Assembly (NCBI GenBank): GCA_002104945.1
Contig: MCFH01000037.1
Location: 62,001 to 126,000 of the forward strand
Direction of reading: 5' to 3'
DNA from: Piromyces finnis finn
Taxonomy: Eukaryota; Fungi; Neocallimastigomycota
Length of the DNA stretch: 64,000 nt
Shown here: positions 9,702 through 21,848 of the stretch, piece by piece
How positions within the stretch are numbered: the stretch's first letter is position 1
How the letters are laid out: each line of letters begins with the position of its first letter
Made by a program: the position numbers and the translations under genes
The notes under the pieces: generated by a model
Told to the model about the DNA's origin: nothing
What the model saw: the letters and a program-made list of their open reading frames with translations, nothing else
Database searches by the model: none

Positions 9702-12224
9702 ATGCAATATTGCAATTTTTATACAGTAATATTTTTTATTATAAATTATATTACTTTTTCTGTTAAGGCTATAGATGACTTAAATAGTTATGATATAGCT
9801 CAAAATGTTAATGATTTATCCTATAATACAAAAGAAGAAATTAACCAAGATATCATTAATTCTTTAGAATCTAATAACTTTGTTGAATCTGTTGTTAATA
9901 CTACTACCTTTGAAGATGTTAATCTTTTGACTGATGTTAAAGAATTCGATAATGCTATTATCGTAAATGAATTCATGTATGAAAAAGATAAGGTTTATAG
10001 TTTTACCCACAATAACATCACTTACTCTTTTGAATATGAAGGAAACAATGTTATTAGAGTTAGCATTGGCGAAAAAACTTTTGTTGAAAATAGTTATGAT
10101 GGTAACATTATAACTTCAAGAAAATATGGAAATGGTGATGTTATTTCTTCTTTCTACGATAAAAATATTGGTAGATTGATTACTCAAAAAATAAATGATG
10201 TTGATTCTTACCAATGGACTTACAATGATAATGGATCTATTTCATCATTCATGGATTTAACTCTAAAGGATAAGATTGAATATATTTACAATGAAGCTGG
10301 TATTCTTTCTGAACAAGTTTCTACTTCTGGATTTGCTATTAGTTTTGATACAATTATTGATGATGGAATTGATACTGTAACCTACAAGTATGGTGAAGAA
10401 ATAAAGAGTAGAACTGTTAGCAACGATATTAAAACTATTTCCGATATTTCTGGTGATGGAGAAGAAACCAATTATTCTACCGAAATAATTGTTACTCATT
10501 TAATTTCTGATGATCAAGTTGTTACTAATAAAAATAATGATTTGATAGAATCCAAAACAATTTATAGTAATAATCAAAGTATCTTAAATACCGAATTTAC
10601 TTATGAAGATGAATTAATTAAAAAAGTTAAATATCAAGATGGTAAAACTATTCAATATTCCTATGATGAAAACTTCAAATTAATTGGAGTTTATAATGAT
10701 AATAAGTTAGTAAGTAGTTATAACTATGATCAACTTGGTCAATTAATAAGAGAAAACCATGCTGTCTTAGGAAAAAGTATTGTCTACAAATATGATAATA
10801 ATAGCAATATAATTTCTGCGGATTATTATGAATATAGTACCGGTGAATTATTAAATAAACTTTATTCTAAAGTATTTTCATATAAAAACATTGAATGGAC
10901 CGATGAATTAACAAATATTAATGGAGAAGAAATCCAATATGATCAATCAGGAAACCCACTTACCTACCGTAATAACATGACTCTTGAATGGAAGGCTAAA
11001 ACTGTTGTTTCAATGAAAAGTTCAGAATTCACTATTAATTATACTTATAATAACAATAATATTAGAACATCTAAAACTGTAAATGGTATTACTACTAAAT
11101 ACTATTTAGATGGAAATAAGATTATATTAGAAATTACAGAAGGTCAAAAAAAATGGTATATTTATGATGAAGAAAACAAAATTATTGGATTTATTTTCAA
11201 TGATAATACATATTACTTTGAAAAGAATATTCAAAATGATGTTACTCGTATCTTTAATAACAACGGAGAATATGTTAGTGAATATATTTACGATGCATGG
11301 GGTAATATTATTGGTATTTTAGGAGATGACACTATTGCCAGAGCCAATCCATTTAGATATCGTAGTTACTATCAAGATAATGAAACAGAACTCTATTATT
11401 TACAAGCTAGATATTACGATAGTTTTGTTGGTAGATTTATCAGTGCAGATATTTTCTTAGGAGCTAATGAAGGTGTTGATATCTATAATTTATTTGTCTA
11501 CTGTGGTAATGATCCAGTTAGTAGATATGATGAAACTGGTATGTCATGGAGTAGTTTCTGGAAGGCTGTTAAAAATGTTGTAAAGAAAGTAGTTTCCACT
11601 GTATTACATGTTGTTAATACTATTGCTGTTAAAATCGGTATTGATACTGCTGCTATTGGTGCTTTATTTTTAGATATGAAAAAAGTTAATGGGGTTTACC
11701 ATGCAAATTTTGATTGTTGGCAATCGCTTTTTGGATACACAAAATTCTATGATATTATATTTGATATTGGTACAAGTATGTTACCTAATACTGATGGTCG
11801 TTTTTCATATAATAATCAAAACTATATTTTATGGGCTTGGAAGGGTGATTATATCAATTTAGGAGCTGGTGCTGAACTTGGTATATATAAGGGTGGAACA
11901 AGTCTTGAATCATACTGGGCTGTCGATAAAAATTTAGCTATGCCAATGACTTTAAAGGTATGGAAAAATAGCAAACAAATTATAGATTGGACTGACACCC
12001 ATTGGTGGATCACAGGTTTTAATCCATCATATCTTAATAATGATGCTAAGAATTTAACTGTTCAATTCACTGTTCAATTTGATATTAAAAAGAATAGAAA
12101 TGACAAAAACATTGATGTAAACTTTAGTAATGGAATGTATTCCGCGTTCTGTGAATCTATAAGTTTATTAAAAACAAAATCATGGCAATGTAATGGAAAT
12201 AGAAAAGCTACTTTATCCTTTTAA
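9702..12224 (+). CDS. RHS/YD-repeat protein (840 aa) with N-terminal signal peptide, RHS-associated core and DUF4474-like C-terminal domain
   Basis: Signal-like N-terminus ending VKA; YD-type repeats (YSYDENFKL, YNYDQLGQL, YKYDNNSNI, YDQSGNP, YIYDAWGNI); core NPFRYRSYYQDNETELYYLQARYYDSFVGRFISAD...NLFVYCGNDPVSRYDETG (11346-11540). Intronless. Confidence 0.93.
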   Translation: MQYCNFYTVIFFIINYITFSVKAIDDLNSYDIAQNVNDLSYNTKEEINQDIINSLESNNFVESVVNTTTFEDVNLLTDVKEFDNAIIVNEFMYEKDKVYSFTHNNITYSFEYEGNNVIRVSIGEKTFVENSYDGNIITSRKYGNGDVISSFYDKNIGRLITQKINDVDSYQWTYNDNGSISSFMDLTLKDKIEYIYNEAGILSEQVSTSGFAISFDTIIDDGIDTVTYKYGEEIKSRTVSNDIKTISDISGDGEETNYSTEIIVTHLISDDQVVTNKNNDLIESKTIYSNNQSILNTEFTYEDELIKKVKYQDGKTIQYSYDENFKLIGVYNDNKLVSSYNYDQLGQLIRENHAVLGKSIVYKYDNNSNIISADYYEYSTGELLNKLYSKVFSYKNIEWTDELTNINGEEIQYDQSGNPLTYRNNMTLEWKAKTVVSMKSSEFTINYTYNNNNIRTSKTVNGITTKYYLDGNKIILEITEGQKKWYIYDEENKIIGFIFNDNTYYFEKNIQNDVTRIFNNNGEYVSEYIYDAWGNIIGILGDDTIARANPFRYRSYYQDNETELYYLQARYYDSFVGRFISADIFLGANEGVDIYNLFVYCGNDPVSRYDETGMSWSSFWKAVKNVVKKVVSTVLHVVNTIAVKIGIDTAAIGALFLDMKKVNGVYHANFDCWQSLFGYTKFYDIIFDIGTSMLPNTDGRFSYNNQNYILWAWKGDYINLGAGAELGIYKGGTSLESYWAVDKNLAMPMTLKVWKNSKQIIDWTDTHWWITGFNPSYLNNDAKNLTVQFTVQFDIKKNRNDKNIDVNFSNGMYSAFCESISLLKTKSWQCNGNRKATLSF

Positions 12225-13293
12225 AATTAATTAAAATATTATTTAGAATAATCATATAATATATATATATACATTGAAATCAAATTTTTAATTCATATTT
12301 AAAAAAATATATTTAACTATCAATAATATATATATTTCTAATATAACTTTATTTTTACTATTCTTATTATTAAATAGTACAAACCCATTATATTATTAAA
12401 TCTATTATTTTATTGTATATATATCATATATCATATTTATATATCATATATTCTTATATATTCTTGTATCATTTTATATTTTTAATAAATAATATAAAAT
12501 TTAAAAATTTAATAAAAATAATAATATTTTAAAAAAGAGAAATAAATAATGGTTACATTAATATTTTATACGTTGTATATTATATATATTTATAAAAGGG
12601 TAATGTTTATTGAAATAAAAATATTAATAATGAAAATAACGATTTTTTACTGTAAGTAATAATTTCAATAATCTATTACATCTTATTCCATGAAGCAAAG
12701 TATAATAAAATAATAAAAATTAGATTCATTATTTGATTTATGATTCTCAATTTTGAATTGAATAAGCTATTTAATTATTTATGAAAAATTTTATTAGAAT
12801 TCTATTATTAATATTTTTATTATTTAAATACCATAGCATGATTTTATTTATTTATATTATAGGGATAATTCTTGGTTTCTTATTTTAGATATTTTTTTTT
12901 ATTTTTTAATTCATATTATATTTTAATTTTAGATTTCTTTGTTTTTTTCCTTTAGAAACAGTATATGTATTTTTCCTTTAATTCTAATTAAATAAAATTG
13001 AATTTAATTGAACAACATTTTATTTTTTTTATACATATTTACTATAAACCATTATATCTGGTTTTTATGATATATATAGTTGTTAAATGAAATAAGCAAG
13101 AGGAATGTTACTTAGTAACAATATTATATATATATATATATATATATGCAAATGAATGAATTATTTTTTTAATAAGGCGATATTAACAATATTTATTATT
13201 TATATTAATATCATGTTTGTAATTAGTGTGATTATAATATACCTTTTAGAATGTTTTAAGTTTTATTATGGATTAATTTTGATAAAAGTGATT

Positions 13294-13932
13294 TCAGTTA
13301 ATGTCAAGTTTAAAGATCCAATTTTTTAGATTTTTATTATTATAGGTTAAAGTATCGTGGTGATATATTTCAAAACCATTCTTTTTATAAAAGAAAGTAT
13401 TTTTTTCAGAATTGGTAATCAAGGTAAGATGCTGACCTCCTCTTTTTTTAACAAAAGGAATAACACATTCATTAATCATACGACTACCAATGTTTTGACC
13501 GATACATTCTTTCATTACAGCAATACATTCTAAATTAAAACATGGATTAGTTTTAGCATATTCTAAACGAGGTGCGTTGCAATGATCCATCATATCTAAA
13601 AATCCAAAGGTATTTTTAAAACCACCATTAATTAATATTGATAGAGCACCATATAAAAAATATCTTGGTACACTTGGTTCTTTATGCTTTTCATCTTGTA
13701 TCATTGAAACACATATAATTTTATTATCACGTTCAGCAACCATAACAGTATCATTTGTCATTGCATCATAAAGTTGAACACTCATAATTGCCTTGTTAAA
13801 TTTTTGTTGTTTTTTTTCTGAACTTGTTTTCCATATTTGATAAACTGAATACTCTTTGAATGCACTATATACAACTTCAAGACATTCGTCAAAATCCTTT
13901 TTGGTTGCTACTCTATAACTAATATTACTCAT
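13294..13932 (-). CDS. GNAT-family N-acetyltransferase, intronless, bacterial-like
   Basis: N-terminal YRVATKKDFDE; motif A-like LECIAVMKECIGQNIGSRMI; motif B-like LITNSEKNTFFYKKNGF. Confidence 0.85.
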   Translation of the reverse strand: MSNISYRVATKKDFDECLEVVYSAFKEYSVYQIWKTSSEKKQQKFNKAIMSVQLYDAMTNDTVMVAERDNKIICVSMIQDEKHKEPSVPRYFLYGALSILINGGFKNTFGFLDMMDHCNAPRLEYAKTNPCFNLECIAVMKECIGQNIGSRMINECVIPFVKKRGGQHLTLITNSEKNTFFYKKNGFEIYHHDTLTYNNKNLKNWIFKLDIN

Positions 13933-14971
13933 ATTGATATTATTATTATTATTATTTTCAAAGAAATGAATAAAATCTTAAATTGAATTTCAATAATTAG
14001 TTTTTTTTTTTTTTTTTTTAGTAAATCAATAATATTTTATTATAGTTATTGCATTCTAAGTAAGGATTTTTTTTATAAAAAATACTAATTATACATGTAT
14101 TTTCTTTTATTTCTTTGTTTTTATTAATAAAAAAAAAAAAAAGTAATCTTTTAAATGTTTTATTTATATTCTAAAGAAATTTGTGTTAATAAAATTCTTT
14201 ATCTGTAATTAATATATTTAATATATCTTTTATTAATAAATATATATTAAAATTAATTTCAAGAATATACTAAATTAATTTTTTTTTTTTCAAATTTTCA
14301 TATGAATGTAAAAGATTACTTAAAACCAAATAATTTTATATTATATTACATGGATGTGAATAATATTTATATTTATATAACTAGCAATATAAAAATGATT
14401 ATTTATTTATTTAATTATGTGAATATGTATATATGAATACTAAACCACTATTTGAAAAAAAAAAAAGTAAAATAGTTTTCAATATAAATAATAAATAAAG
14501 TTTATTTCATTTCATTACCAAAAATTTTCACATTTATTGATTAAAGAATTTAGTTTTTATTATTTAATTAATAACTAAATAATAAATAATTTTATTTTAA
14601 ATAATTTTATGGGAAACTTTTATATATAATAATTTATTTCTAATTTTTAATTTTTTTTTATAAAGGAAATAAAAATGTAGTCTTCTATAAATGGAATATT
14701 TCATATAAAACATTCACAACAACAAAAAAAAAAAATATTAAAATTACTATCTTTTATATTAAATATTTTGTAAAAATAAAAAATGCAATCATTCTTGTAT
14801 CTTGTAAAATATCTCATAGGTATCATATGTATAAAATATTAATTGCTAATAAATACTTATATTAAATACTAAAAAAACTTATAAATAATACAATTATTAA
14901 AGTTGAAATATATGTTTCTTTAATTAATATAAATTTAAAAAAGTTATCATTTTTATTACTACTATTTTTCA

Positions 14972-15346
<375 letters not shown>

Positions 15347-16046
15347 GTTGTTATAAATATTTTTTTTTAAATTATTAAATGATGATTTTTTTCTTTTTAT
15401 TTTGTATTCCTTTAATAATTCATTTAATAGGAATAAAAAAAGAAAGTTAATTTAATATAAAATCATTGAAAATCAGTAATTTTTTTTTTTTTACAAAGTT
15501 AAAATAATAGTAAAAAATCAAAAAATTATAATTTAAACTTTAATATTTGTGTTTTTTAATTTAAAGCATTTTCAATTTAATAATTTAATAGGGAATTAGA
15601 AAAAATTTAATTAAAAATAAATTAAATCCCCATTAGTCAAAAGAAATTTTGTATTACGTGTAACATTTGCAAATATTAGTGTAACAGGTTCCAAAGGAAT
15701 AATATTATTCTTTTAAGTTTTTTATGAATATTGACCTGAACAAAAATCAAACTTTTTATAATTAATAAAGTATTTGAAAAGAAGATTTTTTTTTTATTAA
15801 ATTAAATTAATATAATTTTTATTAAATAAATATTTATTTTTTTAGATTTCTAATATATATTATTTATATAAATTTTTAAAAAACAAAAAATATTATATTA
15901 TTTATTATAATTTTTCTTTTTATTAAATATATGAAAAATAAATTAAATTATACCATGATAATTTATTTTAGCAAAAGTAATAATATTCATTTTATATGTC
16001 AATATTATAAATAAATATAAGGAAAATATTAGTTTTTACTATTATG

Positions 16047-16095
<49 letters not shown>

Positions 16096-16329
16096 TGAAT
16101 AATATATTTAAAAATTGTGATATATAAAGACAAGTTTATCTTTTTTATTTTTCATTTAATAATTATTACAAAAAAAATTATATAATTATCACTTCTAATT
16201 ATATTGTTATTATTATTAATATATTATTATATATTAATATTAAATAATTATATTCAATAATAGATTTTGACAAAAAAATAACCTCTTTTTTTTTTTTTGT
16301 AATTAGTTAAAGGCTCATATTAATAAAAA

Positions 16330-17279
16330 ATGAAAATTTTTAATTTTATTTTTTTATTTTCATTATTAGTAACTAGAATTCTAGCTGATAATGAATCATG
16401 CAGTATAGTTACCAAAAAATATGAAAAATGTATTGCTAGTTTTAACACTGTAGATTTTGATAGTATGTGTAATAATTATGCTACTGCAATGTGTCAAGAA
16501 TTGTTTAATAACCCAAGAAAAATTTTAAAGGATTGTGATAAAGAGTTTGTTGAAGAAACTTCTAAAGTATTTGTGGAAATGTCCAATACATTAAAATATA
16601 CTTGTGCTAGAGATGAATATGGTGAATATTGCCCACTTTCTATAATAATTCAAAGAACTCAAAGAGAACAATTTACCTCTTCTTCTGATGCATCTAAAAA
16701 TCTTTCAGATATATTTGATGGTTTAAAGAGTAGTTGCTCATCAAATAATTGTTTGAAAATATCTATTACTTATTTAGAATCTATTAAAAGCATGGCCTCA
16801 AAGAGTAATAATGTTTCCGAAGATGATATTAATGATATTAATTCGCTTCTTAACCATTTAAATAAATGCAAAACAATGGTAATAAGAGTGATATCTCATA
16901 TTCTGAAAGTATCAATCAAAAAGGTGATGATAATAAAGTACCTAGCTATGTTAGTGGAAATAATACAATTATAGAAAATCAAAATGACTCTTCTTCTAAT
17001 GCTTTTGATGAAAGTAATTCAAACCAAGTTATTATTGAAAGTCAAGATAATTTTAGTAATACTACTGAAAATGAAATTCCAAAGAATAATGTCAATTCAG
17101 TTCCAGTTGGTGATACAACTACAGGTTTTATATCTGACGATATTATGATATACGATCAGAACGGTAATGCTGTTGGTTCATCAAGTGGTTATGCTCAAAG
17201 TACAAGTGACAGTCAAATAAGATTTAAATTATCTTTTTCTATTATTATTTTAACTATCTTAGTTAATATAATATTTTAA
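16330..17279 (+). CDS. Secreted Cys-rich, Ser/Asn-rich, probably GPI-anchored surface protein split by a 1-nt frameshift near 16870-16873 (sequencing error or pseudogene)
   Basis: ORF1 has a signal peptide and Cys-rich domain (YTCARDEYGEYCP). Overlapping ORF2 gives an S/N-rich stalk and hydrophobic C-terminus (LSFSIIILTILVNIIF*). One extra A in the A4 run fuses them into about 316 aa. Confidence 0.7.
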
Positions 17280-18500
17280 ATTTAAAATTTTTAGAAAACT
17301 TTTATAGAATTACTATAATAATTATTAAAATATTAAGATATTAAATATAATATGATAAATAGAATTTTACTAATTATTATAGTTTTATATCTAATACAAT
17401 AGATACAACAAGAACTATTTAGATTTTTTTTTTTTTTTTTTTTGATATATAGACTTATTATTAATCCTAAAAATAATATTAATAGAATTAATTAATAGAA
17501 TAGAATACTATACTTAATATTATAGGATTAATAATATAAAAAAATTTAAATAGTCTTAATCTTTTCTCTTTCCCTAAAATGTAAATAAAACCTCATTGAT
17601 AATCATTAATTATTATGACATATACCTTAATAATAAAATGTCATTACTACAATCATATTTTAATAACCATTAATAAATAAAAAGAATATTAAAAATTAAA
17701 TTAATTATATAACAATACAATATTTATTTATATTAAAAATAAAAAGAATTATTTCATATAATTTTTTAATTATTAATTTAATCATTCATTTCACAAGATA
17801 TAAGGAAACTAATGACATCTTATTAATAAGAAATTAAATAATAAATGGGTAAAGTACAATTTTTCTTTTTGTGGATAGACATACTTTATATATAATTATA
17901 TTTCTAAGTAATCAAATTTATGTTAAAGATAAAAAATAATATTTCTAAATTAAAAAAAAATACACCTTTTATATTTTAGAAATAAGAAAAGATTATCTTT
18001 TTTTTTTTTTTTTAGTGTTAATATAATTTTAAGAATTATACATTCATCTACATCAATTTCATTTTTTTTAAAGTAATTGTTGTAAAATAAAAATTGGAGA
18101 CAACTGTAAATTTTTTCTGATTAAAGAACTTAAAATATATTTTTTTATTCCAAAAGAGTGCAAATGATAAAATTTATATATCTAAAAAAATCCATAATAA
18201 TAGTTAGTGTCCGTTTATTATTTTATTTTATTTTATTTATATAAACTATATTTATACATCATATAAAAAAAATAATAATTATTTATAGATTTAATTATGG
18301 TATATGAATTATAAATATTAGATATATAAAATTATTATTACTTTCAAAATTTTCATTTTTCATATATGAAAGACTTTTTTTTTTTAATAATATTTTTTAT
18401 TTCTATATAAATTTAGAATGTATCATTTTAACATTATGATAATATCTATTTCTATTTTTAATTAAACTTTAAATAATAATAATGAATAATAAAGATAAAT

Positions 18501-18538
<38 letters not shown>

Positions 18539-19801
18539 TGTTTATTTATTTATTTATTTTTATTATTATTTTTTTTTTTAATTTTATTTAATTTAGACTT
18601 TTTCTATTTACTTATGTATATATGACTATTGCTTTAATATTTTTTACTTTTTCTTATTAATTTTATAAAAAAAAAAAAGATATATGTTATTTATTTTTAT
18701 TTTTTTTTTTTTTTTGTATATTTTAAATGTATATACTATATATACATTATTTTTTTATTTTTAATATTATGTTTTGACGCTTTAACTTTTTTTTTTTTTG
18801 TATTGGGTTTTTCTATATATATATATATTATATTTTTTATAAATATTTGTTATATATATTATATTTTATATATTTTAGGTTTTTTGACTTCTTATTAAGA
18901 TTTTAATGAGTAATGATTACCAAATTATTTATTATTTTTATTTTTACTTGATAATACCCATTAAAAAATAATAATGAAAATTATAGTAAAAAAAAAAGTA
19001 TTAATTAGGAGATAATTCCTAATTTTTTGAGTTTTTTTTATTAAAAAATATATATATCTAACATACATTGCTTTTTAAAGTATTTAGAATATATATTAAA
19101 AAATTTTTTTTCTTTTTTTTTTCAAAATTTCTTTTACTATAATTAAAGATATTTTTTTTTTTCTTATAATATTTATAATTTGTTTAATTTTTTTTTTCCA
19201 TCATGATAACTTATCATGAAGTTGAAAATGTATATTTTTTTCATTATTGTATTTTTTTTTTTTTATAATTCATTAATTATTTATTACAATATTCATAAAA
19301 ATATTATAATAAATATAAAAATATTATAAATATTTAATTATTTAATTATTTTATTTATTAAAATATCTTAATTTAAAATATATAAATGAATAAAAAAAAA
19401 ATAAAAATTATTCTGCAATATATATATGTTTATGTTTTTTTTCTTGCTTAATGTTAAGACGATAAAATAATATATTGATGTTGGGATGATAGATGCTGTT
19501 ATAATATATAATAAATGAAAACAAAATATTTCATATTTAATTATTATTTCTTTTTTTTTTTTTTTTTAATATTATATTGTTATAAAGTTATATATAATGT
19601 ATAGAATTAATTATTAATTATATATATGAATAAGAAATAATAATATTGAGTAAATTAAAACTATAAAGTTAATTTGATGTATTTAGTTTGGTAGATAATA
19701 TTATTGTTGATTAGACTACTATTTCTATTTATTTATGCTTTAATTAGATATTTTGTTTTCTGATGTTTCTATTTTACTTATTTGTTATTATAATGTTTGT
19801 T

Positions 19802-21848
19802 TCACTTGCTGACTTCTGGATCAACAGAATCAACAGCTTCTTCAGGTACTTCTGGAATACAACATACTGGATCAAGAGGTGTTGGTGGAGGTGCTAAAGT
19901 AGATGGTATTTCAGATGTTGATGGTTTAATAGAAGTAGAAGCTTGTGGTTCTGTTGAAATAATTTCTTTTTTAACAAACTTAAAGAATCTTTTACCGTAT
20001 TGAGTTGGACTTACAGCTGATATATTTCTCTAAAAAATAAAATTATTTTTTAAATTAATAAAAATCAATCATATACTATTTATTTAACTTTTTCATTACC
20101 TGGAATAAGAAAATAGTTTTGAAGTAATGCTCAACAATTTTTTTAAAGTCCCATGGTGATAAATAATCAATAATACCCATATAATAGGCTTCATTTTGAA
20201 TAATATTATCTTCATTAGTTGAAATAAAACCACCATCATCTTTATTAAATATAGAGAAATCGTTGGCATTATCTTCTTTTATGCTTAATTATTTTTAAAT
20301 TTAAGATTTTATAAGGTTAATATGGGTTTAAAGTTATAATTTTTTTTATAAACACTTACATTTTTTCATCATCACTATCTGGTAGATATGTCATTCTACG
20401 TTCAAATACTGAGCTCTTTCTATTTATATTATTCTTAGATTTTACAGTAGCAAGTACAGCAGCGAAAGTAGATAAAAGTTTCATACGAATGTTTTCACTA
20501 TTACCCTTATTACGTAAGTGAATACCTACTAATAAACTATAATCCATTACGCCCATAACTTGCAAGAACTTTGAATCTTTTTCTAATTGCTCTAGCAAAA
20601 GATTACGCTTTTCTGGACCAAGAACTAAATGACGATTTTCATCAGTCCAATTAATATCTTTGAAAATAGTACGTGCATAATTTTTTTCTTCTTGTGGTGG
20701 TTCAACAAAACGTCCTTTTGTGGAACCCTTTAAATCGTACATTCTATGCATATCTTTGTTTGGTGGGTATACATTTCTATTTATTTTTTTTATACATTAT
20801 ATTTATTAGTAATCTTATTTTATATAACAAATATTTATTTTTTAATTAATACTTACTGCATAACAATAAAGTACATCTTATGACCATCAGCCTTTAAACG
20901 GTAAAGACCATATATACTCATTATTAAAGTGTTTGGATTAGCTTCTAAGTACTAATAATATTAAATATAGAATATTTACAAAATAAATATTATTGAAATT
21001 AGCATTGGTGTAATTTTAGATAATTTAAACTTTAAATTAATATGCATACTTTGTAATATTTATCTAAAACTTTAAAGAAATGACGATGTTCATTATAGTG
21101 AATTGTTTTAATTAAGTAACGATAATCTGGAGAAAAATAGAAGAAACTACCAGATTTACCAGGTGAAGAAAGTTCTAAAAGCATAAATTTATCACTAATA
21201 GATTTTATATAATCTTCACAGTTGATATTTGATAATTCTCTAATTTTCTTGAAAACACTAGGAGCATAATCTTTAAATTCAAAATCATACTTTTCTCCAT
21301 GTTTTAAAATATTACCAGAAGAATCAATATTTAATTTTTCACAATATTTATAATCAGCTGGTGCTAAAACTTGTGGAGCCTTTCTCTCGGCTTCGATAAC
21401 ACAAGTCTATTTAATTAATAAAATTATATAAATGAAATTTTTTCATTTAATATTTATAATTTTTACTAATCTATTTTCTTTTTTAATATTCTATTTATTT
21501 ACCTTAATACCAGTTAACATTCCAAAAACTAAAAAATAACTTTTATGATTTTCATCTACAACAACATTTGGTTTAAGTGGATGTGGAAGAGTTGATTGAC
21601 GTCTCAATACTTCCTTTTTACGCTGAGTTTCTGATTTTTGATTTCCATTATCTGGTTTTTCAGCTTTATTATATTATATATTTATTATTTTATAAAGAAA
21701 TGTTTATTATTTATTATTATATTTTTATTTATTCTTTTTTTGTTTTGATTTAATTTAAATTATTATTATTATTTATTTCTCTAAATATACCTTGGTAATT
21801 TTCATTATTATTGATTTCATCGTCAACTGGTACAATCACTGAAGACAT
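19802..21848 (-). CDS. MSS4: Phosphatidylinositol-4-phosphate 5-kinase (Mss4/PIP5K family), multi-exon
   Basis: Spliced translation gives FKDYAPSVF, LSSPGKSGSFFYFSPDYRYLIKT, MHRMYDLKGSTKGR, MDYSLLVGIH and ISAVSPTQYGKRF; GT-AG introns. Confidence 0.9.

Noticed and set aside
19797-20003. ORF 19797-20003(+)
   Set aside because: Antisense to the last PIP5K exon.
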